Below, one piece after another: positions 20,428-33,329 of a stretch of 64,000 nucleotides of DNA. Below the pieces are notes generated by a model. It searched no databases. It was given only the letters and a program-made list of their open reading frames with translations, and was not told where the DNA came from. The stretch covers positions 1,184,001-1,248,000 of the forward strand of contig OZ241869.1 in NCBI GenBank assembly GCA_965202805.1, read 5' to 3'. Position 1 is the first letter of the stretch. Each line of letters opens with the position of its first letter. The DNA is from Longimicrobiales bacterium. Lineage in GTDB: Bacteria > Gemmatimonadota > Gemmatimonadetes > Longimicrobiales > Gaopeijiaceae. A program made the translations under genes and the position numbers.

Positions 20428-20673
20428 TCACGCGTCGCGATTGTCGGTTTCCACGTCCTCCAGTCCGCGCATCCGCCGACCGATCGAGAACATCCAGCCC
20501 AGGAGCAGCAGCCAGGCCAGCGAATAGGCGATGAAGACGTACCAGTACGGCCGCAGCGACTGCTGGGCGAGCACCTCGGTGCCCACCTGCGCGTTCACGG
20601 GAGCAGAGAACGCCAGAAGCGCCGCCAGCGCGGCCAGAAGGACGACTCCCGGTCGGGAACGAAGAACACGCAT
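20428..20673 (-). CDS. ccmD: CcmD-like small membrane protein
   Basis: YVFIAYSLAW TM segment followed by charged tail; directly after ccmC. Confidence 0.65.
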   Translation of the reverse strand: MRVLRSRPGVVLLAALAALLAFSAPVNAQVGTEVLAQQSLRPYWYVFIAYSLAWLLLLGWMFSIGRRMRGLEDVETDNRDA

Positions 20674-20683
20674 GGCCGGCTCC

Positions 20684-21388
20684 TTAGGCTGCCCGAGGCT
20701 GTTCCCGCATTTCCAGGGCGTGCTGGTAGCGCAGGTGCTCGAGGCCGTATCTGAAGATGAAGATGGAGAAGAAGATGAGGGTAAAGGCGAGCAGCCCGAC
20801 CATCAGGGTGATCAGCATGTCCGAATCCAGCGTGGGTCCTTCATCGACATTGAGCACCACCGGCTGGGGATGGAGCGACGGGAACCAGAGCACGCTGACG
20901 TGGACGAGCGGAATCAGCAGCGCTCCCAGGACTCCGATTACCGCCGCCATGCGCTTTCCCGCCTGCCGATCCTCGGCCGAAGCGCGCACGAGGAAGTAGC
21001 CGACGAAGACGAACCACATGAGCAGCGTCAGGGTCAGGCGCGGCTCCCAGGTCCAGGGCGTCCCCCAGGCGTACGCCGCCCAGAGCGGCCCCGAGGTGAG
21101 CATGATCGCTCCGAAGACCAGCCCTCCCTCGGCCGCCGACTGCGCTGCCCAGTCCAGCCTCTCGTCGCGCAGCCAGAGATAGGCGGCGCCGCACAGTGCC
21201 GTGATGCCGAAGGCGAGGAAGGTCACCCAGGCGGAGGGGACGTGCACGTAGAAGATCCGCTGCACGATTCCCATGGTGCGCTCCGTGCCCACCCAGAAGA
21301 AGACCAGCCAGTGGAGTACAAGCACGCCAGCGACCCCCGGGACCCCCATTGCCATCGCCATCCATCGGATGCGCGTCAGTGACATCAT
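20684..21388 (-). CDS. ccmC: Heme exporter/cytochrome c assembly protein CcmC
   Basis: RIFYVHVP, WGTPWTWEPRLT Trp-rich motif, LHP. Confidence 0.9.
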   Translation of the reverse strand: MMSLTRIRWMAMAMGVPGVAGVLVLHWLVFFWVGTERTMGIVQRIFYVHVPSAWVTFLAFGITALCGAAYLWLRDERLDWAAQSAAEGGLVFGAIMLTSGPLWAAYAWGTPWTWEPRLTLTLLMWFVFVGYFLVRASAEDRQAGKRMAAVIGVLGALLIPLVHVSVLWFPSLHPQPVVLNVDEGPTLDSDMLITLMVGLLAFTLIFFSIFIFRYGLEHLRYQHALEMREQPRAA

Positions 21389-22065
21389 TCCTCCACCACG
21401 TATCGGAACAGGATCGTGCCCGCCGCGAGCGCCAGCACCGCAAAGGCCGCCAGCAGGTAGAGGCTGCCCTCGACCTCCTGTGCGGGACGCGAGGCGAAGA
21501 TGCGTCCCGTGGCCGTGACTCCGAAGATGACCACAGGAACCAGAAGCGGAAAGATCAGGATGGGAAGAAGCGTCTGCCCCATGGTGGTTTGCGCCGATAT
21601 GGCGCTGAAGAGGGTGGTGACGGCCACGAATCCGAGCGTCGCCACACCGAGCACGCCGGCCAGCAGGAGAGGATCGCTTCCGTAATCGAACCCGAAGAAC
21701 AGCCAATAGGCCGCGAGCGCGATCACCTCGATCAACGCGACCAGCACGAAGTTGGAGATCACCTTGGCCAGGTATATGCCATCCAGGGGAATGGGGCTCG
21801 TGAGAAGACCCTGGATCGCGCCCTGCTCCCGCTCCATCTCGAAGGTCCGGCCCATTCCCAGCATGCCTCCGAACAGGATCGTCATCCAGAGCAGGCCGGC
21901 GGCCAGCTGCTGCATGCGCACCAGCCCCTGATCGATCGAGAAGTGAAAGAGGATGGCCACCAGCACGGTCAGCCCGCCCATCGCCGCCAGCCTTTCCCGG
22001 GTGCGCAGCTCCAGCAGGAGATCCTTGCGCACTATGGCGCCGACCTGTCGGAGATAGGTGGTCAC
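21385..22065 (-). CDS. ccmB: Heme exporter protein CcmB
   Basis: KDLLLELRT, FEMEREQG, LLPILIFPLLVP. Confidence 0.92.
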   Translation of the reverse strand: MTTYLRQVGAIVRKDLLLELRTRERLAAMGGLTVLVAILFHFSIDQGLVRMQQLAAGLLWMTILFGGMLGMGRTFEMEREQGAIQGLLTSPIPLDGIYLAKVISNFVLVALIEVIALAAYWLFFGFDYGSDPLLLAGVLGVATLGFVAVTTLFSAISAQTTMGQTLLPILIFPLLVPVVIFGVTATGRIFASRPAQEVEGSLYLLAAFAVLALAAGTILFRYVVEE

Positions 22066-22808
22066 GCCCCCTCCTCCACGGCGCGCCGATAGGATCTCTC
22101 CAGACCGCCGGCGTCCAGTTCGGCGCGTCCGGCCTCGAACACGAACCGGCCGCGGACCTGGATCGCCACGCGATCGGCCAGCTCAAGCCCCCTCCCCAGG
22201 TTGTGCGTGACCATGACGACCGTGCGGCCCCCGTCCTTCAGCGCCGAGAGCAGCTCCTGGAGCATGGCGCCGGCGTAGGCGTCGAGTCCGGTATACGGCT
22301 CGTCGAGGAGGACGATCTCCGGGTCGTGGAGCAGCGCGCGCGCTACCGCCAGCCGCTGCACCGTACCCCGCGACAGCGTGTCCACACGGCTGTCGGCGTG
22401 GCGCTCGAGGCCGACGTCGCCCAGGCGCTCGGGCACCCGGGAATCGAGGTCTTCGAGGCCGTGCAGACGGCCATGGAACACGAGGTTCTCGCGTGCCGTC
22501 AGGCGACCGTACAGGAAGCTCAGGTGAGACAGGATGCCCATCCGGCCGCGCGCCGCCCGGTCCCCGATCGTGAGGGGGACGCCGGACACCCGCACCTCCC
22601 CGGCCGTGGGGCGAAGTCCTCCCGCGAGCAGCCGCAGGAGGGAGGTCTTCCCGGCGCCGTTGGGACCGAACACCGAGAGGAACTCGCCGGCGCCGAGGCG
22701 GAAGGAAACGTGATCCACGGCCCGCACCGGCCCGTAGTCCCGAACCAGCGACGCCGCCTCCAGCACCGGAGCGTGGGTGCGTGGGGCGGCGGAGGGAGAA
22801 CCGGGCAT
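22062..22808 (-). CDS. ccmA: Heme ABC exporter ATP-binding protein CcmA
   Basis: GPNGAGKT, LSRG, LLDEPYTGLD; adjacent to ccmB. Confidence 0.9.
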   Translation of the reverse strand: MPGSPSAAPRTHAPVLEAASLVRDYGPVRAVDHVSFRLGAGEFLSVFGPNGAGKTSLLRLLAGGLRPTAGEVRVSGVPLTIGDRAARGRMGILSHLSFLYGRLTARENLVFHGRLHGLEDLDSRVPERLGDVGLERHADSRVDTLSRGTVQRLAVARALLHDPEIVLLDEPYTGLDAYAGAMLQELLSALKDGGRTVVMVTHNLGRGLELADRVAIQVRGRFVFEAGRAELDAGGLERSYRRAVEEGA

Positions 22809-22815
22809 CAGGTCA

Positions 22816-23292
22816 TCAGCCCCGCTCGGCCGCGGCCCCCTCCCCGCGCTCCGACTTCAGGCGGCTGCCGCAGGTCGCGCAGAAGACGGCCTCCGCGACG
22901 TTGGCGGCGCCACAGCTGTCGCACAGCGTCCCGGCTCTCAGGGCCGCCCGATAGGCGGCGATTTCCTGCTCGAGGTCATTCGCCACGGCGTCCGTCGCCG
23001 GCGCGGAACTCTCCGCCCGTTCCCGGCTCCGACGCACCTCCCGCAACGCATCCAGCGCCTCGCGCCCCAACTCGTCGCGCAATCGGCGGTAGTCGCGTTC
23101 GTCCACCTTGCCGGTCGCGTAGTCGTACTCGACGTCGCGCAGCGCCACAAGGCTCAGGTGCCTGCGCGCCTCCGCCTCGGTGAACTCCTCGTCCAGGCTC
23201 GCGAGGGACGCCTTCTCCCCGCTGAACACCGGTTGAACGACGTAGAGGACCACCGCCGCCGTGACCAGGACAGCCCCCAGCAGGATCATCAT
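22816..23292 (-). CDS. Membrane-anchored CcmI-like protein with C-terminal zinc ribbon
   Basis: N-terminal TM, LRDVEYDYATGKVDERDY, CDSC...CATC. Confidence 0.7.
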   Translation of the reverse strand: MMILLGAVLVTAAVVLYVVQPVFSGEKASLASLDEEFTEAEARRHLSLVALRDVEYDYATGKVDERDYRRLRDELGREALDALREVRRSRERAESSAPATDAVANDLEQEIAAYRAALRAGTLCDSCGAANVAEAVFCATCGSRLKSERGEGAAAERG

Positions 23293-23347
23293 GCGCTATG
23301 CGGGGGCGAAGCCGGGGACCAGGAGCGAAACGGGACGGCAGCCCGGG

Positions 23348-25383
<2,036 letters not shown>

Positions 25384-25387
<4 letters not shown>

Positions 25388-25800
25388 CCGGCCATCTCGT
25401 CCGGCATCGCCTCGTAGCGGCTGCCGCACTTGGTCAGCACCGTGGTCGCCTCGAAGACCCCGTCGCGGCGGAAGCGTCCTTCGACGACGACTTCGGTTTC
25501 GTCGCTGAAGGTGTCCGGGAGGATGTCACGGTACTCCACGCGGAAGCTGGCGTCCTCGCGGGCCAGGTCCATCACCGAGAAGTAGTGCTCGAACGCGCCC
25601 TGGGCCTTGTAGCTTCCCTTGACCACCCGGCCGCTGACCTTCACGCCGATGTCGTGGAAGGTGTCGTCCTCGGCCACTTTGGCCATGAGTTCGACCGGGG
25701 TCAGGTAGTACACCATCGCCTTGTCGAAACCGGTCCAGATGAGGAAGGTCACGACCATGGCGACGCCGACCAGACCGATATAGAAGCGGCTGTTCTTCAT
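25384..25800 (-). CDS. ccmE: Heme chaperone CcmE, CxxxY variant
   Basis: YYLTP, LPDTF, VVVEG, TKCGSRY. Confidence 0.92.
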
Positions 25801-25873
25801 CCGCTGCGCTCCTGTGTCCCGTGTGTCCCGGACCCGGCCCGACTGCCTCGAGCCCGGCCTTGCCAGCGTTCAG

Positions 25874-25901
25874 AATATAGGATGGGCGCGCGGTTTCTCA
25901 A
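25874..25901 (-). promoter_or_regulatory. Sigma70-type promoter for the ccm operon
   Basis: Minus strand TTGAGA-N16-TATATT, an AT-rich patch upstream of ccmE. Confidence 0.55.
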
Positions 25902-27415
25902 ACCTGGCGGGGTTGTTCGCCTTCGCGGGCCCAGTTGCGCGCGGCCCCGACCGCCCTGTGCCACCCGGCGATGAGCGCCTCGCGGTGTTCCGGGCGCATG
26001 TCGGGCGAGTAGATCCCGGGTTCGCCGGAGGAGGCCGCGAACACCTCTCCGTCCGGCCAGAGGCCAGCCGCGATCCCCGCCAGCCCGGCCGCCCCCAGCG
26101 CGGTGGTCTCCACCCGCGGCGCGCGGCGCACGGGCACGTCCAGCACGTCCGCCTGGAACTGCATCAGCCACCGGTTGCGCGCCGCCCCGCCGTCGGCGCG
26201 CAGCTCCCGGGTGGCCAGCCCGGCGTCCTCCTCCATGGCCCGGATGACGTCGACCGTCCCGTACGCCATCGACTCGAGCGCGGCGCGGGCCAGGTGGGAC
26301 GCGGTCGTCCCGCGCGTGATGCCCACGACGGTGCCGCGCGCCTCGGGGATCCAGTGGGGGGCCCCCAGCCCCACGAACGCGGGCACGAAGTAGACCCCGG
26401 CGTTGTCCGCCACCTCGCGGGCGCGCTCCTCCGACTCGGCGGCGTGGTCGAGGATGCCCAGGCCGTCGCGCAGCCACTGAACGGCCGCGCCCGCCGAGAA
26501 GATCGATCCCTCGAGGGCGTACGCCGGGCCGCCGCGGGCGTCGCAGGCCAGCGTGGTCAGAAGCCCGTTCTCGGAGGGCACCACCTCCCGGCCCGTATGC
26601 AGCAGCAGGAACGCCCCGGTGCCGTAGGTCACCTTGGCCAGGCCGGCGCGGGTGCACCCCTGCCCGAAGAGGGCGGCCTGCTGGTCCCCGACCACGCCCG
26701 CGACCGGGACTTCCGTCCCCAGGTGCTCGCCGCGCGCGACCCCGAAGTCGCCGGAGCTGGAGCGCACCTCGGGCAGGATGCCCGACGGCACTTCGAACAG
26801 GTCGGCGAGCGACGGGTCCCAGGCCCGGCGGTGCAGGTCGTAGAGGAGGGTGCGCGAGGCGTTTGTGTGGTCGGTGGCGTGTACCGCGCCGCCGGTCAGG
26901 CGAGCCACCAGCCAGGCGTCGATGGTGCCCGCGGCCAGGTCGCCGGCCTCCGCCGCCGAGCGAAGCTCCGGGCGCTCGCGAAAGAGCCAGGTCAGCTTGG
27001 TTCCCGAGAAATACGGGTCCAGGACCAGCCCCGTGCGCCGGCGCACCTCGGATTCGTGGCCGCCGCGGCGCAACTCGGTGCAGATCGACGCCGTGCGGCG
27101 GTCCTGCCAGACGATCGCCCGGCACACCGGCTCGAGCGAGGCGCGGTCCCACAGCACCACGGTCTCGCGCTGGTTCGCGATGCCGATGGCTTCGAGGCGC
27201 GCCTCCCCCCCGGCGTCGTCCAGCGCAGCGCGTGCGACCCGCCGGGTGACCCGCCAGATCTCCTCCGCGTCGTGCTCGACCCGGCCCGGCCGGGGAAAGT
27301 GCTGGGTGAACTCCGAGTAGCCGCGTCCCAGGATCCGTCCGTCGCTCGCCACCACCAGGGCGGTCGAGCCGGTCGTGCCCTGGTCGAGGGCGAGCACCGC
27401 GGGCTGTCTGCTCAC
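25898..27415 (-). CDS. glpK: Glycerol kinase
   Basis: DQGTT, NQRET, VWQDRRT, DPYFSGTK, GDQQAALFG, KVTYGTG. Confidence 0.97.
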   Translation of the reverse strand: MSRQPAVLALDQGTTGSTALVVASDGRILGRGYSEFTQHFPRPGRVEHDAEEIWRVTRRVARAALDDAGGEARLEAIGIANQRETVVLWDRASLEPVCRAIVWQDRRTASICTELRRGGHESEVRRRTGLVLDPYFSGTKLTWLFRERPELRSAAEAGDLAAGTIDAWLVARLTGGAVHATDHTNASRTLLYDLHRRAWDPSLADLFEVPSGILPEVRSSSGDFGVARGEHLGTEVPVAGVVGDQQAALFGQGCTRAGLAKVTYGTGAFLLLHTGREVVPSENGLLTTLACDARGGPAYALEGSIFSAGAAVQWLRDGLGILDHAAESEERAREVADNAGVYFVPAFVGLGAPHWIPEARGTVVGITRGTTASHLARAALESMAYGTVDVIRAMEEDAGLATRELRADGGAARNRWLMQFQADVLDVPVRRAPRVETTALGAAGLAGIAAGLWPDGEVFAASSGEPGIYSPDMRPEHREALIAGWHRAVGAARNWAREGEQPRQV

Positions 27416-28071
27416 AGCCGCGCTCCGGTTCCCGGCTTCACCGCATCCCTGGACACCGCTGCTCCATCGCCGAAGCCATAGGGGATGCCGGCGGCGCCCA
27501 GCAGGCCCACGAGCAGCGGCACGGGCAGCCCCACCACCGTGAAGTAATCGCCCTCCAGCGACTCGACCAGCACCGCGCCGGCGCCCTGTATGGCATAGGC
27601 TCCCGCCTTGTCCATCGGCTCCCCGGTGGCCACGTAGGCCCGGGCCTCCTCCTCGGCGAAGGATCGCAGCCACACCGTGGTTCGCGAGACGCCGGCGTGC
27701 ACGCACCCGTCGGGCTCCACCAGCGCCAGCGCACTGACCACTTCGTGAGCCCGGCCCGACAGGCTGAGCAGCATCGCGACCGCGTGATCGACATCCCCCG
27801 GCTTGCCCAGGATGGTCCCGTCCCGCACCACGACCGTGTCGCCGCCCAGAACCAGCCTCCCCGGCCGGCGCCCGGCCACCGCGCGCGCCTTCCCTTCCGC
27901 CAGGCGCCGGGTGTGCGCGACCGGGTCCTCTCCGGGCAGCACCTCCTCCGGGATGTCCGCCGGGTCGACGTCGAACGGGATCGCGAGCATCGAGAGCAGA
28001 TCCGCCCGCCGGGGCGACCGGGATGCGAGCACGAGACGGAGATCCCGCCCATGCACCGGCCGCCCGGTCAC
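27412..28071 (-). CDS. maf: Maf family nucleoside triphosphate pyrophosphatase
   Basis: [32 protein letters not shown]. Confidence 0.93.
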   Translation of the reverse strand: MTGRPVHGRDLRLVLASRSPRRADLLSMLAIPFDVDPADIPEEVLPGEDPVAHTRRLAEGKARAVAGRRPGRLVLGGDTVVVRDGTILGKPGDVDHAVAMLLSLSGRAHEVVSALALVEPDGCVHAGVSRTTVWLRSFAEEEARAYVATGEPMDKAGAYAIQGAGAVLVESLEGDYFTVVGLPVPLLVGLLGAAGIPYGFGDGAAVSRDAVKPGTGARL

Positions 28072-28508
28072 CGTTCGAGCACCAGCGTCACGGGACCGTC
28101 GTTGACGAGTTCGACATCCATCATGGCGCCGAACACGCCGGTCTCGACCCGCCCCGGGGCCCTCTCGCGCAGGAGCGCCACGAAGTCCTCGTAGAGAGGC
28201 ACCGCCACATCGGGCCCCGCCGCCCGGATGAAGCTCGGCCGGCGTCCCTTGCGGGTATCCCCGTACAGCGTGAACTGGCTCACGACCAGCACGTCGCCGG
28301 AGACATCCTGGAGCGACAGGTTCATCCTGCCGTCCGGATCGTTGAAGACGCGCAGCCCCAGCACCTTGTTCGCCATCCACTCGAGCGCGTCCGCGCCGTC
28401 CCCGCGGGTGAATCCGGCCAGCAGCAGGAGCCCGGGACCGATGCGCCCCACCACCGCGCCGTCGACCGTCACCGAGGCGCGCGCCACCCGCTGGAGCACG
28501 ATTCTCAC
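28068..28508 (-). CDS. dtd: D-aminoacyl-tRNA deacylase
   Basis: [27 protein letters not shown]. Confidence 0.97.
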   Translation of the reverse strand: MRIVLQRVARASVTVDGAVVGRIGPGLLLLAGFTRGDGADALEWMANKVLGLRVFNDPDGRMNLSLQDVSGDVLVVSQFTLYGDTRKGRRPSFIRAAGPDVAVPLYEDFVALLRERAPGRVETGVFGAMMDVELVNDGPVTLVLER

Positions 28509-28572
28509 CTCGCGCCCCCCTCGCCGCCCAACCCGGAGGGCGCAACCCCCATCCATCCCCGCGCCAGGGCCA

Positions 28573-30411
28573 TCACTCCACCGTCACCGACTTGGCCAGG
28601 TTGCGGGGCTGGTCCACGTCGCAGCCCCGCAGGACGGCGATGTGGTAGGCGAGCAGCTGAAGGGGCACCGTGGTGAGCACGGGGCGCAGGAAGGGCAGCG
28701 TGTCCGGGACGCGGATGACGTGATCCACCTTGTCCTCGAGCTCTGCGTTTCCTTCGCTGACGACGGCGATCACGCGCGCGTTCCTCGCCTTCACCTCCTC
28801 GATGTTGGACACGACCTTCGGGTAGACGGGATCGCTCGGGGCCAGGATCACGACCGGCATGGCCTCGTCGATCAGCGCGATCGGGCCGTGCTTCATCTCC
28901 GCCGCGGGATAGCCTTCGGCATGGATGTAGCTCACCTCCTTGAGCTTGAGCGCGCCCTCCAGAGCCACCGGAAACTGGTAGCCGCGGCCCAGATAGAGGA
29001 AGTTGGGCGCATCCTTGCAGGTGCGCGCCAGTTCCAGAATGGAATCGTTCAGCTTCAGGACTTCCTCCACCTGTCCGGGGAGGGCCTGCATGGCCTGGAC
29101 GATGCGACGCCCTCCCTGCAGCGAAATCTGCCGGTGCCGGCCCATCCACAGGGCGAACAGGGCGAGCACCATGAGCTGGCTGGTGAAGGCCTTGGTGGAA
29201 GCAACCCCGACCTCGGGCCCGGCGTGAAGATGGCAGCCGTAGGGGGTTTCGCGCGCGATCGAGGAGCCCACCACGTTGACGATGCCCATGGTGCGCGCTC
29301 CCCTGCGTTGCGCTTCCCGCAACGCGGCCAGCGTGTCCGCGGTCTCTCCGGACTGGCTGATCGCGACCACCAGGGTGCGCTCGTCGAGCACCGGGTTCTT
29401 GTAGCGGAACTCCGAGGCGTACTCCACTTCGACCGGGATGCGCGCGAGATCCTCGAGCATGTATTCGCCGATCAGCGCGGCGTGCCAACTGGTTCCGCAT
29501 GCCGTCATGACCACGCGATCCATGGAGAGCAGCCGTTCCCGGTGCTGCTCGATCCCGCCCAGGCGAGCCATCCCGTCGGCCTCCAGCAACCGTCCCCGAA
29601 GCACGTCGCGCAGACTGCGCGGCTGCTCGAAGATCTCCTTCAGCATGAAGTGCTCGAAGCCGCCGCGCTCGATCGCGGTCAGGTCCCAGGTCACCTGGTG
29701 CACGGAGCGGCGCACCGTCCCCCGCCCCATGTGGGAGACGCGGTAGCCGGTGCGTTCGAGCTTCGCGCAGTCGCCGTCCGCGAGGTAGACGACGTCGCGC
29801 GTCTGAGCCACGACGGCGGCGGCGTCGGAGCCCACCAGGTACCGCCCCGAACCCCCCAGCCCGAGCAGGAGCGGGCTCCCGTGGCGCGCCGCGACCAGCG
29901 TGTCCGGCTCGTGCGCGGAGATCGCCGCGATGCCGTAGGTGCCCTCGACGCGTTCCAGCGCAAGCGCGAGGGCCTCCTCCAGCGGGGACCCTTCCTTGAG
30001 GAAGTGATCGACCAGGTGCACGACCACTTCGGTGTCGGTATCGCTCCGGAAACGGTATCCGCGCGCCTCGAGCTGTCGCCTGAGGAGGGTTGCGTTCTCG
30101 ATGATCCCGTTGTGCACGAGGGCCACGCCGCCATCCCGACTGACATGGGGATGGGCGTTGCGCTCGGTCGGGGCGCCGTGGGTGGCCCAGCGCGTATGGG
30201 CGATGCCGCAACTACCCACCGGCGAGTCGCGGCCGATGGCCGCTTCCACCCGCCCCAGCTTTCCCGCCCGCTTCACCACGCTCAGCCGGCCGTCGCCGTT
30301 GACAACCGCGAGACCGGCCGAGTCGTATCCGCGGTACTCCAGACGGCGGAGCCCCTCCAGCAGGACGGGGGTCGCGTCACCCGGACCCACGTATCCGACT
30401 ATTCCGCACAT
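28573..30411 (-). CDS. glmS: Glutamine--fructose-6-phosphate aminotransferase
   Basis: [35 protein letters not shown]. Confidence 0.99.
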   Translation of the reverse strand: MCGIVGYVGPGDATPVLLEGLRRLEYRGYDSAGLAVVNGDGRLSVVKRAGKLGRVEAAIGRDSPVGSCGIAHTRWATHGAPTERNAHPHVSRDGGVALVHNGIIENATLLRRQLEARGYRFRSDTDTEVVVHLVDHFLKEGSPLEEALALALERVEGTYGIAAISAHEPDTLVAARHGSPLLLGLGGSGRYLVGSDAAAVVAQTRDVVYLADGDCAKLERTGYRVSHMGRGTVRRSVHQVTWDLTAIERGGFEHFMLKEIFEQPRSLRDVLRGRLLEADGMARLGGIEQHRERLLSMDRVVMTACGTSWHAALIGEYMLEDLARIPVEVEYASEFRYKNPVLDERTLVVAISQSGETADTLAALREAQRRGARTMGIVNVVGSSIARETPYGCHLHAGPEVGVASTKAFTSQLMVLALFALWMGRHRQISLQGGRRIVQAMQALPGQVEEVLKLNDSILELARTCKDAPNFLYLGRGYQFPVALEGALKLKEVSYIHAEGYPAAEMKHGPIALIDEAMPVVILAPSDPVYPKVVSNIEEVKARNARVIAVVSEGNAELEDKVDHVIRVPDTLPFLRPVLTTVPLQLLAYHIAVLRGCDVDQPRNLAKSVTVE

Positions 30412-30503
30412 GTCGTCTTCGTTGATGGTGTCATTCGGGCGCCCCGAACCACCGTCCTGCAGCCAGGGCGGAGGCGCCACCCGGAAGCTACCGCGTACGC
30501 CTC

Positions 30504-31895
30504 CTACGGGGAACGCGCCAGCCCGTCCAGCCCGGCGCGCGCCTCCTCCACGAGCTGCCCCGCCCGCGGCCCGGCCGGCGCTTCCGCGATCAGCCGCACC
30601 ACCGGCTCCGTGCCGGAGGGCCGCACGTGCAGCCACTCGCGGCGGTCGGGCCAGGTCAGCCGCAGCCCATCGGTGCGGTCCCGGTCCGCGCCGCGCCAGC
30701 GCTGCTGCAGGCGCGCGTAGGCGGCTTCGAGCCGTTCCCTGGGAAAGGCGACCTTTTCCTTCACGATCCGGTAGTCCGGATAGCGGCGAACGGCGGCGGC
30801 CAGCGAAATCCCTTCGTCGAGCAGATGCTGGAGCACGAGCGCGGCGCCCACGAGCGCGTCCCGGGTGTGGTGCAGCGCCGGCACGATCACTCCGCCGTTC
30901 CCTTCCCCACCCACCACGGCTCCCTCCGCCTGCATGCGGCGCACCACGTTGATCTCGCCCACCGGCGCGCGCACGGTCTTCGCCCCGGTGGCGGCCGAGG
31001 CGTCCTCGACCACCTGGCTGGTGGAAAGGTTGGTCACCACCAGCCCGGGCCGCCGCCTGGTCACCGCAGCGGCTGCCAGGGCCAGGGTGAAGTCCTCGCC
31101 GACGGGATCACCGGCCTCGTCCACCAGCGACAGGCGGTCCACGTCGGGGTCCACCGCCATTCCCAGGTCGGCCCCGCTTTCCCGCACCAGCGCGCCCAGT
31201 GCCCCCAGGTTCGCTGCCGTCGGCTCGGGATCGCGCGGAAAGCGCCCGTCCATCTCCAATCCGATGGCGTGCACGCGGCATCCCAGACGCTCCAGCAGCT
31301 CGGGCATGACCGCGCCCCCGGCCCCATGCACGCAGTCGAGCGCGACGGGGAAGCTGCGCGCGCGCAATGCGGCAACGTCCACGAAAGGAAGGTCCAGCAC
31401 CGCCTGCAGATGCCGCCGGGCCGCACCCTCGTCCCAGGTGACCTCCCCGACCCGATCCCACGATGCGCGCGGAATCTCCTCCTCCAGCAGCCGGCGGAAG
31501 CGGGCCATCCCGGGTGCGTCCAGGAACATGCCCTCTGCGGTGGCGAACTTGAGGGCGTTCCATTCGGCCGGGTTGTGGCTCGCGGTGACCGCGATTCCGC
31601 CTGCCGCATCGGCGTCCCGAACCGCCATCATGAGGGTCGGGGTGGGCACGATGCCGATGTCGGCCACGTCGCACCCCACCGAGGCCAGTCCGGCGGCGGC
31701 GGCCGCGGCGAGCATGCGCCCGGAAGTCCGCGAGTCCCGTCCCAGGATCACGGATCGCCCTCCGCCCTCGCCGCGCAGGAACGCACCGTACGCCGCCGCG
31801 AGCGCGGTGACCAGCTCGGGCGTGAGCGGATCTCCCACCCGGCCGCGAAAGCCCGAAACGCTGACCATGAGCCCACGCGGAAGAATGATCGGCAT
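30504..31895 (-). CDS. glmM: Phosphoglucosamine mutase / phosphohexomutase
   Basis: TASHNP, DPDVDR, GGEGNGG, RPSGTEP; upstream of glmS. Confidence 0.88.
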   Translation of the reverse strand: MPIILPRGLMVSVSGFRGRVGDPLTPELVTALAAAYGAFLRGEGGGRSVILGRDSRTSGRMLAAAAAAGLASVGCDVADIGIVPTPTLMMAVRDADAAGGIAVTASHNPAEWNALKFATAEGMFLDAPGMARFRRLLEEEIPRASWDRVGEVTWDEGAARRHLQAVLDLPFVDVAALRARSFPVALDCVHGAGGAVMPELLERLGCRVHAIGLEMDGRFPRDPEPTAANLGALGALVRESGADLGMAVDPDVDRLSLVDEAGDPVGEDFTLALAAAAVTRRRPGLVVTNLSTSQVVEDASAATGAKTVRAPVGEINVVRRMQAEGAVVGGEGNGGVIVPALHHTRDALVGAALVLQHLLDEGISLAAAVRRYPDYRIVKEKVAFPRERLEAAYARLQQRWRGADRDRTDGLRLTWPDRREWLHVRPSGTEPVVRLIAEAPAGPRAGQLVEEARAGLDGLARSP

Positions 31896-32004
31896 GGCTG
31901 GCGGACTCCCTGTTGGGCGGCGGGACTCGCCTTGGTCCCGTCGCGCGGACTAGATTCGAGCGTGCAACCGCTGTCCAGAACCCCTTCGGACACATCCCGG
32001 ATCC

Positions 32005-33189
32005 ATGACCCAGCCCTCCTCAACGATAGAACCGCCGGATCATCGGCTTGCGACGCTCGCGATTCACGGGGGACAGGCGCCGGAGCCGCACACCGGCTCC
32101 ATCATGCCCCCCATCTTCCAGACCTCGACCTATGTGCAGCCGGGACTGGACCAGGGATGGCCCTGGGAATACGCGCGCGTCCAGAACCCTACCCGCGAAG
32201 CCCTGGAACGCAACCTCGCCGCCCTGGAAGCGGCAGCCCACGGCATCGCCTTCGCGAGCGGGATGGCCGCCATCGACTGCGTGGCCCGCCTGCTTTCGGA
32301 GGGTGACCACGTCGTCTGCGAGGAGAACACCTACGGCGGGACGACGCGGCTGGCCACGCAGGTCCTGAACCGGGCCGGCCTCGCCTTCTCGTTCGTGGAT
32401 TCGAGGGATCCGCAGCGCATCCGGGACGCGCTCCGGCCGAACACGCGGCTGGTCCTGCTCGAAACCCCCACCAACCCGATGATGCGCCTGTGCGACCTGC
32501 GCGCGGCCGCCGAAGCTACCCGGGACGCCGGCGTGCTCCTCTGCGTCGACAACACCTTCGCGACGCCCGTGAACCAGCGCCCCCACGAGACGGGCGCGGA
32601 CATCGTGATGCACTCGACCACGAAGTACCTGAACGGCCACAGCGACATCATCGGCGGGGTCCTTACGGTGCGCGACCCCGACCTGGACGACCGTCTGCGC
32701 TTCCTGCGCAAGTCCACCGGCGCCGTGCCCGGCCCAATGGACTGCTGGCTCTGCCTGCGCGGCACCAAGACCCTGAACGTGCGCATGCGCGAACACAACG
32801 CCAACGGGCTGACGGTGGCGCGCTTCCTGCAGAGCCACCCGGCAGTCGACGAGGTGTACTACCCGGGCCTTTCCTCGCACCCGCAGCACGAACTGGCCGC
32901 GCGCCAGATGACCGGGTTCAGCGGCATGGTGTCCGTCACCCTGCCGAGCGAGGACGCGGTGCGCCGGCTGGTGGAGGGCACGCGCATCTTCGCGCTGGCG
33001 GAGAGCCTGGGCGGGGTGGAATCGCTCATCTCGGTGCCCGCGCTCATGACCCACGCGTCGGTACCCCGCGAGCGCAGGGAGGAGATGGGGGTCAGCGGCC
33101 GCCTGGTGCGGCTGTCGGTGGGAATCGAGGACCCGCGGGACCTGCTCGAGGATCTCGACCGGGCCCTGTCCCGCGGATCCGGCGGTTGA
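32005..33189 (+). CDS. Cystathionine gamma-lyase/synthase (Cys/Met metabolism PLP enzyme)
   Basis: PIFQTSTY, NPTR, ETPTNP, DNTFA, HSTTKYLNGHSD, LAESLGG. Confidence 0.92.
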   Translation: MTQPSSTIEPPDHRLATLAIHGGQAPEPHTGSIMPPIFQTSTYVQPGLDQGWPWEYARVQNPTREALERNLAALEAAAHGIAFASGMAAIDCVARLLSEGDHVVCEENTYGGTTRLATQVLNRAGLAFSFVDSRDPQRIRDALRPNTRLVLLETPTNPMMRLCDLRAAAEATRDAGVLLCVDNTFATPVNQRPHETGADIVMHSTTKYLNGHSDIIGGVLTVRDPDLDDRLRFLRKSTGAVPGPMDCWLCLRGTKTLNVRMREHNANGLTVARFLQSHPAVDEVYYPGLSSHPQHELAARQMTGFSGMVSVTLPSEDAVRRLVEGTRIFALAESLGGVESLISVPALMTHASVPRERREEMGVSGRLVRLSVGIEDPRDLLEDLDRALSRGSGG

Positions 33190-33219
33190 TGGACTCCCGG
33201 AAATATGGCGGAAGGGCGC

Positions 33220-33248
33220 CGAAACCTCGGTTCCGGGCAGGGCGTACG
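33220..33248 (+). promoter_or_regulatory. Candidate ECF (SigW-like) promoter upstream of the M48 protease
   Basis: CGAAAC-N17-CGTACG, same motif as at 40780 and 41440. Confidence 0.6.
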
Positions 33249-33329
33249 AGAACCGACCACGGCGGGGGGGAGCCCGGCGCGGCCAACACGGATACCAGGA
33301 CGCGAGGCGTCCGCTAAAGGAGAATCACC

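Noticed and set aside
30412..30503. Possible glmS ribozyme upstream of glmS
   Set aside because: The gap is only about 90 nt and no recognisable ribozyme core was seen
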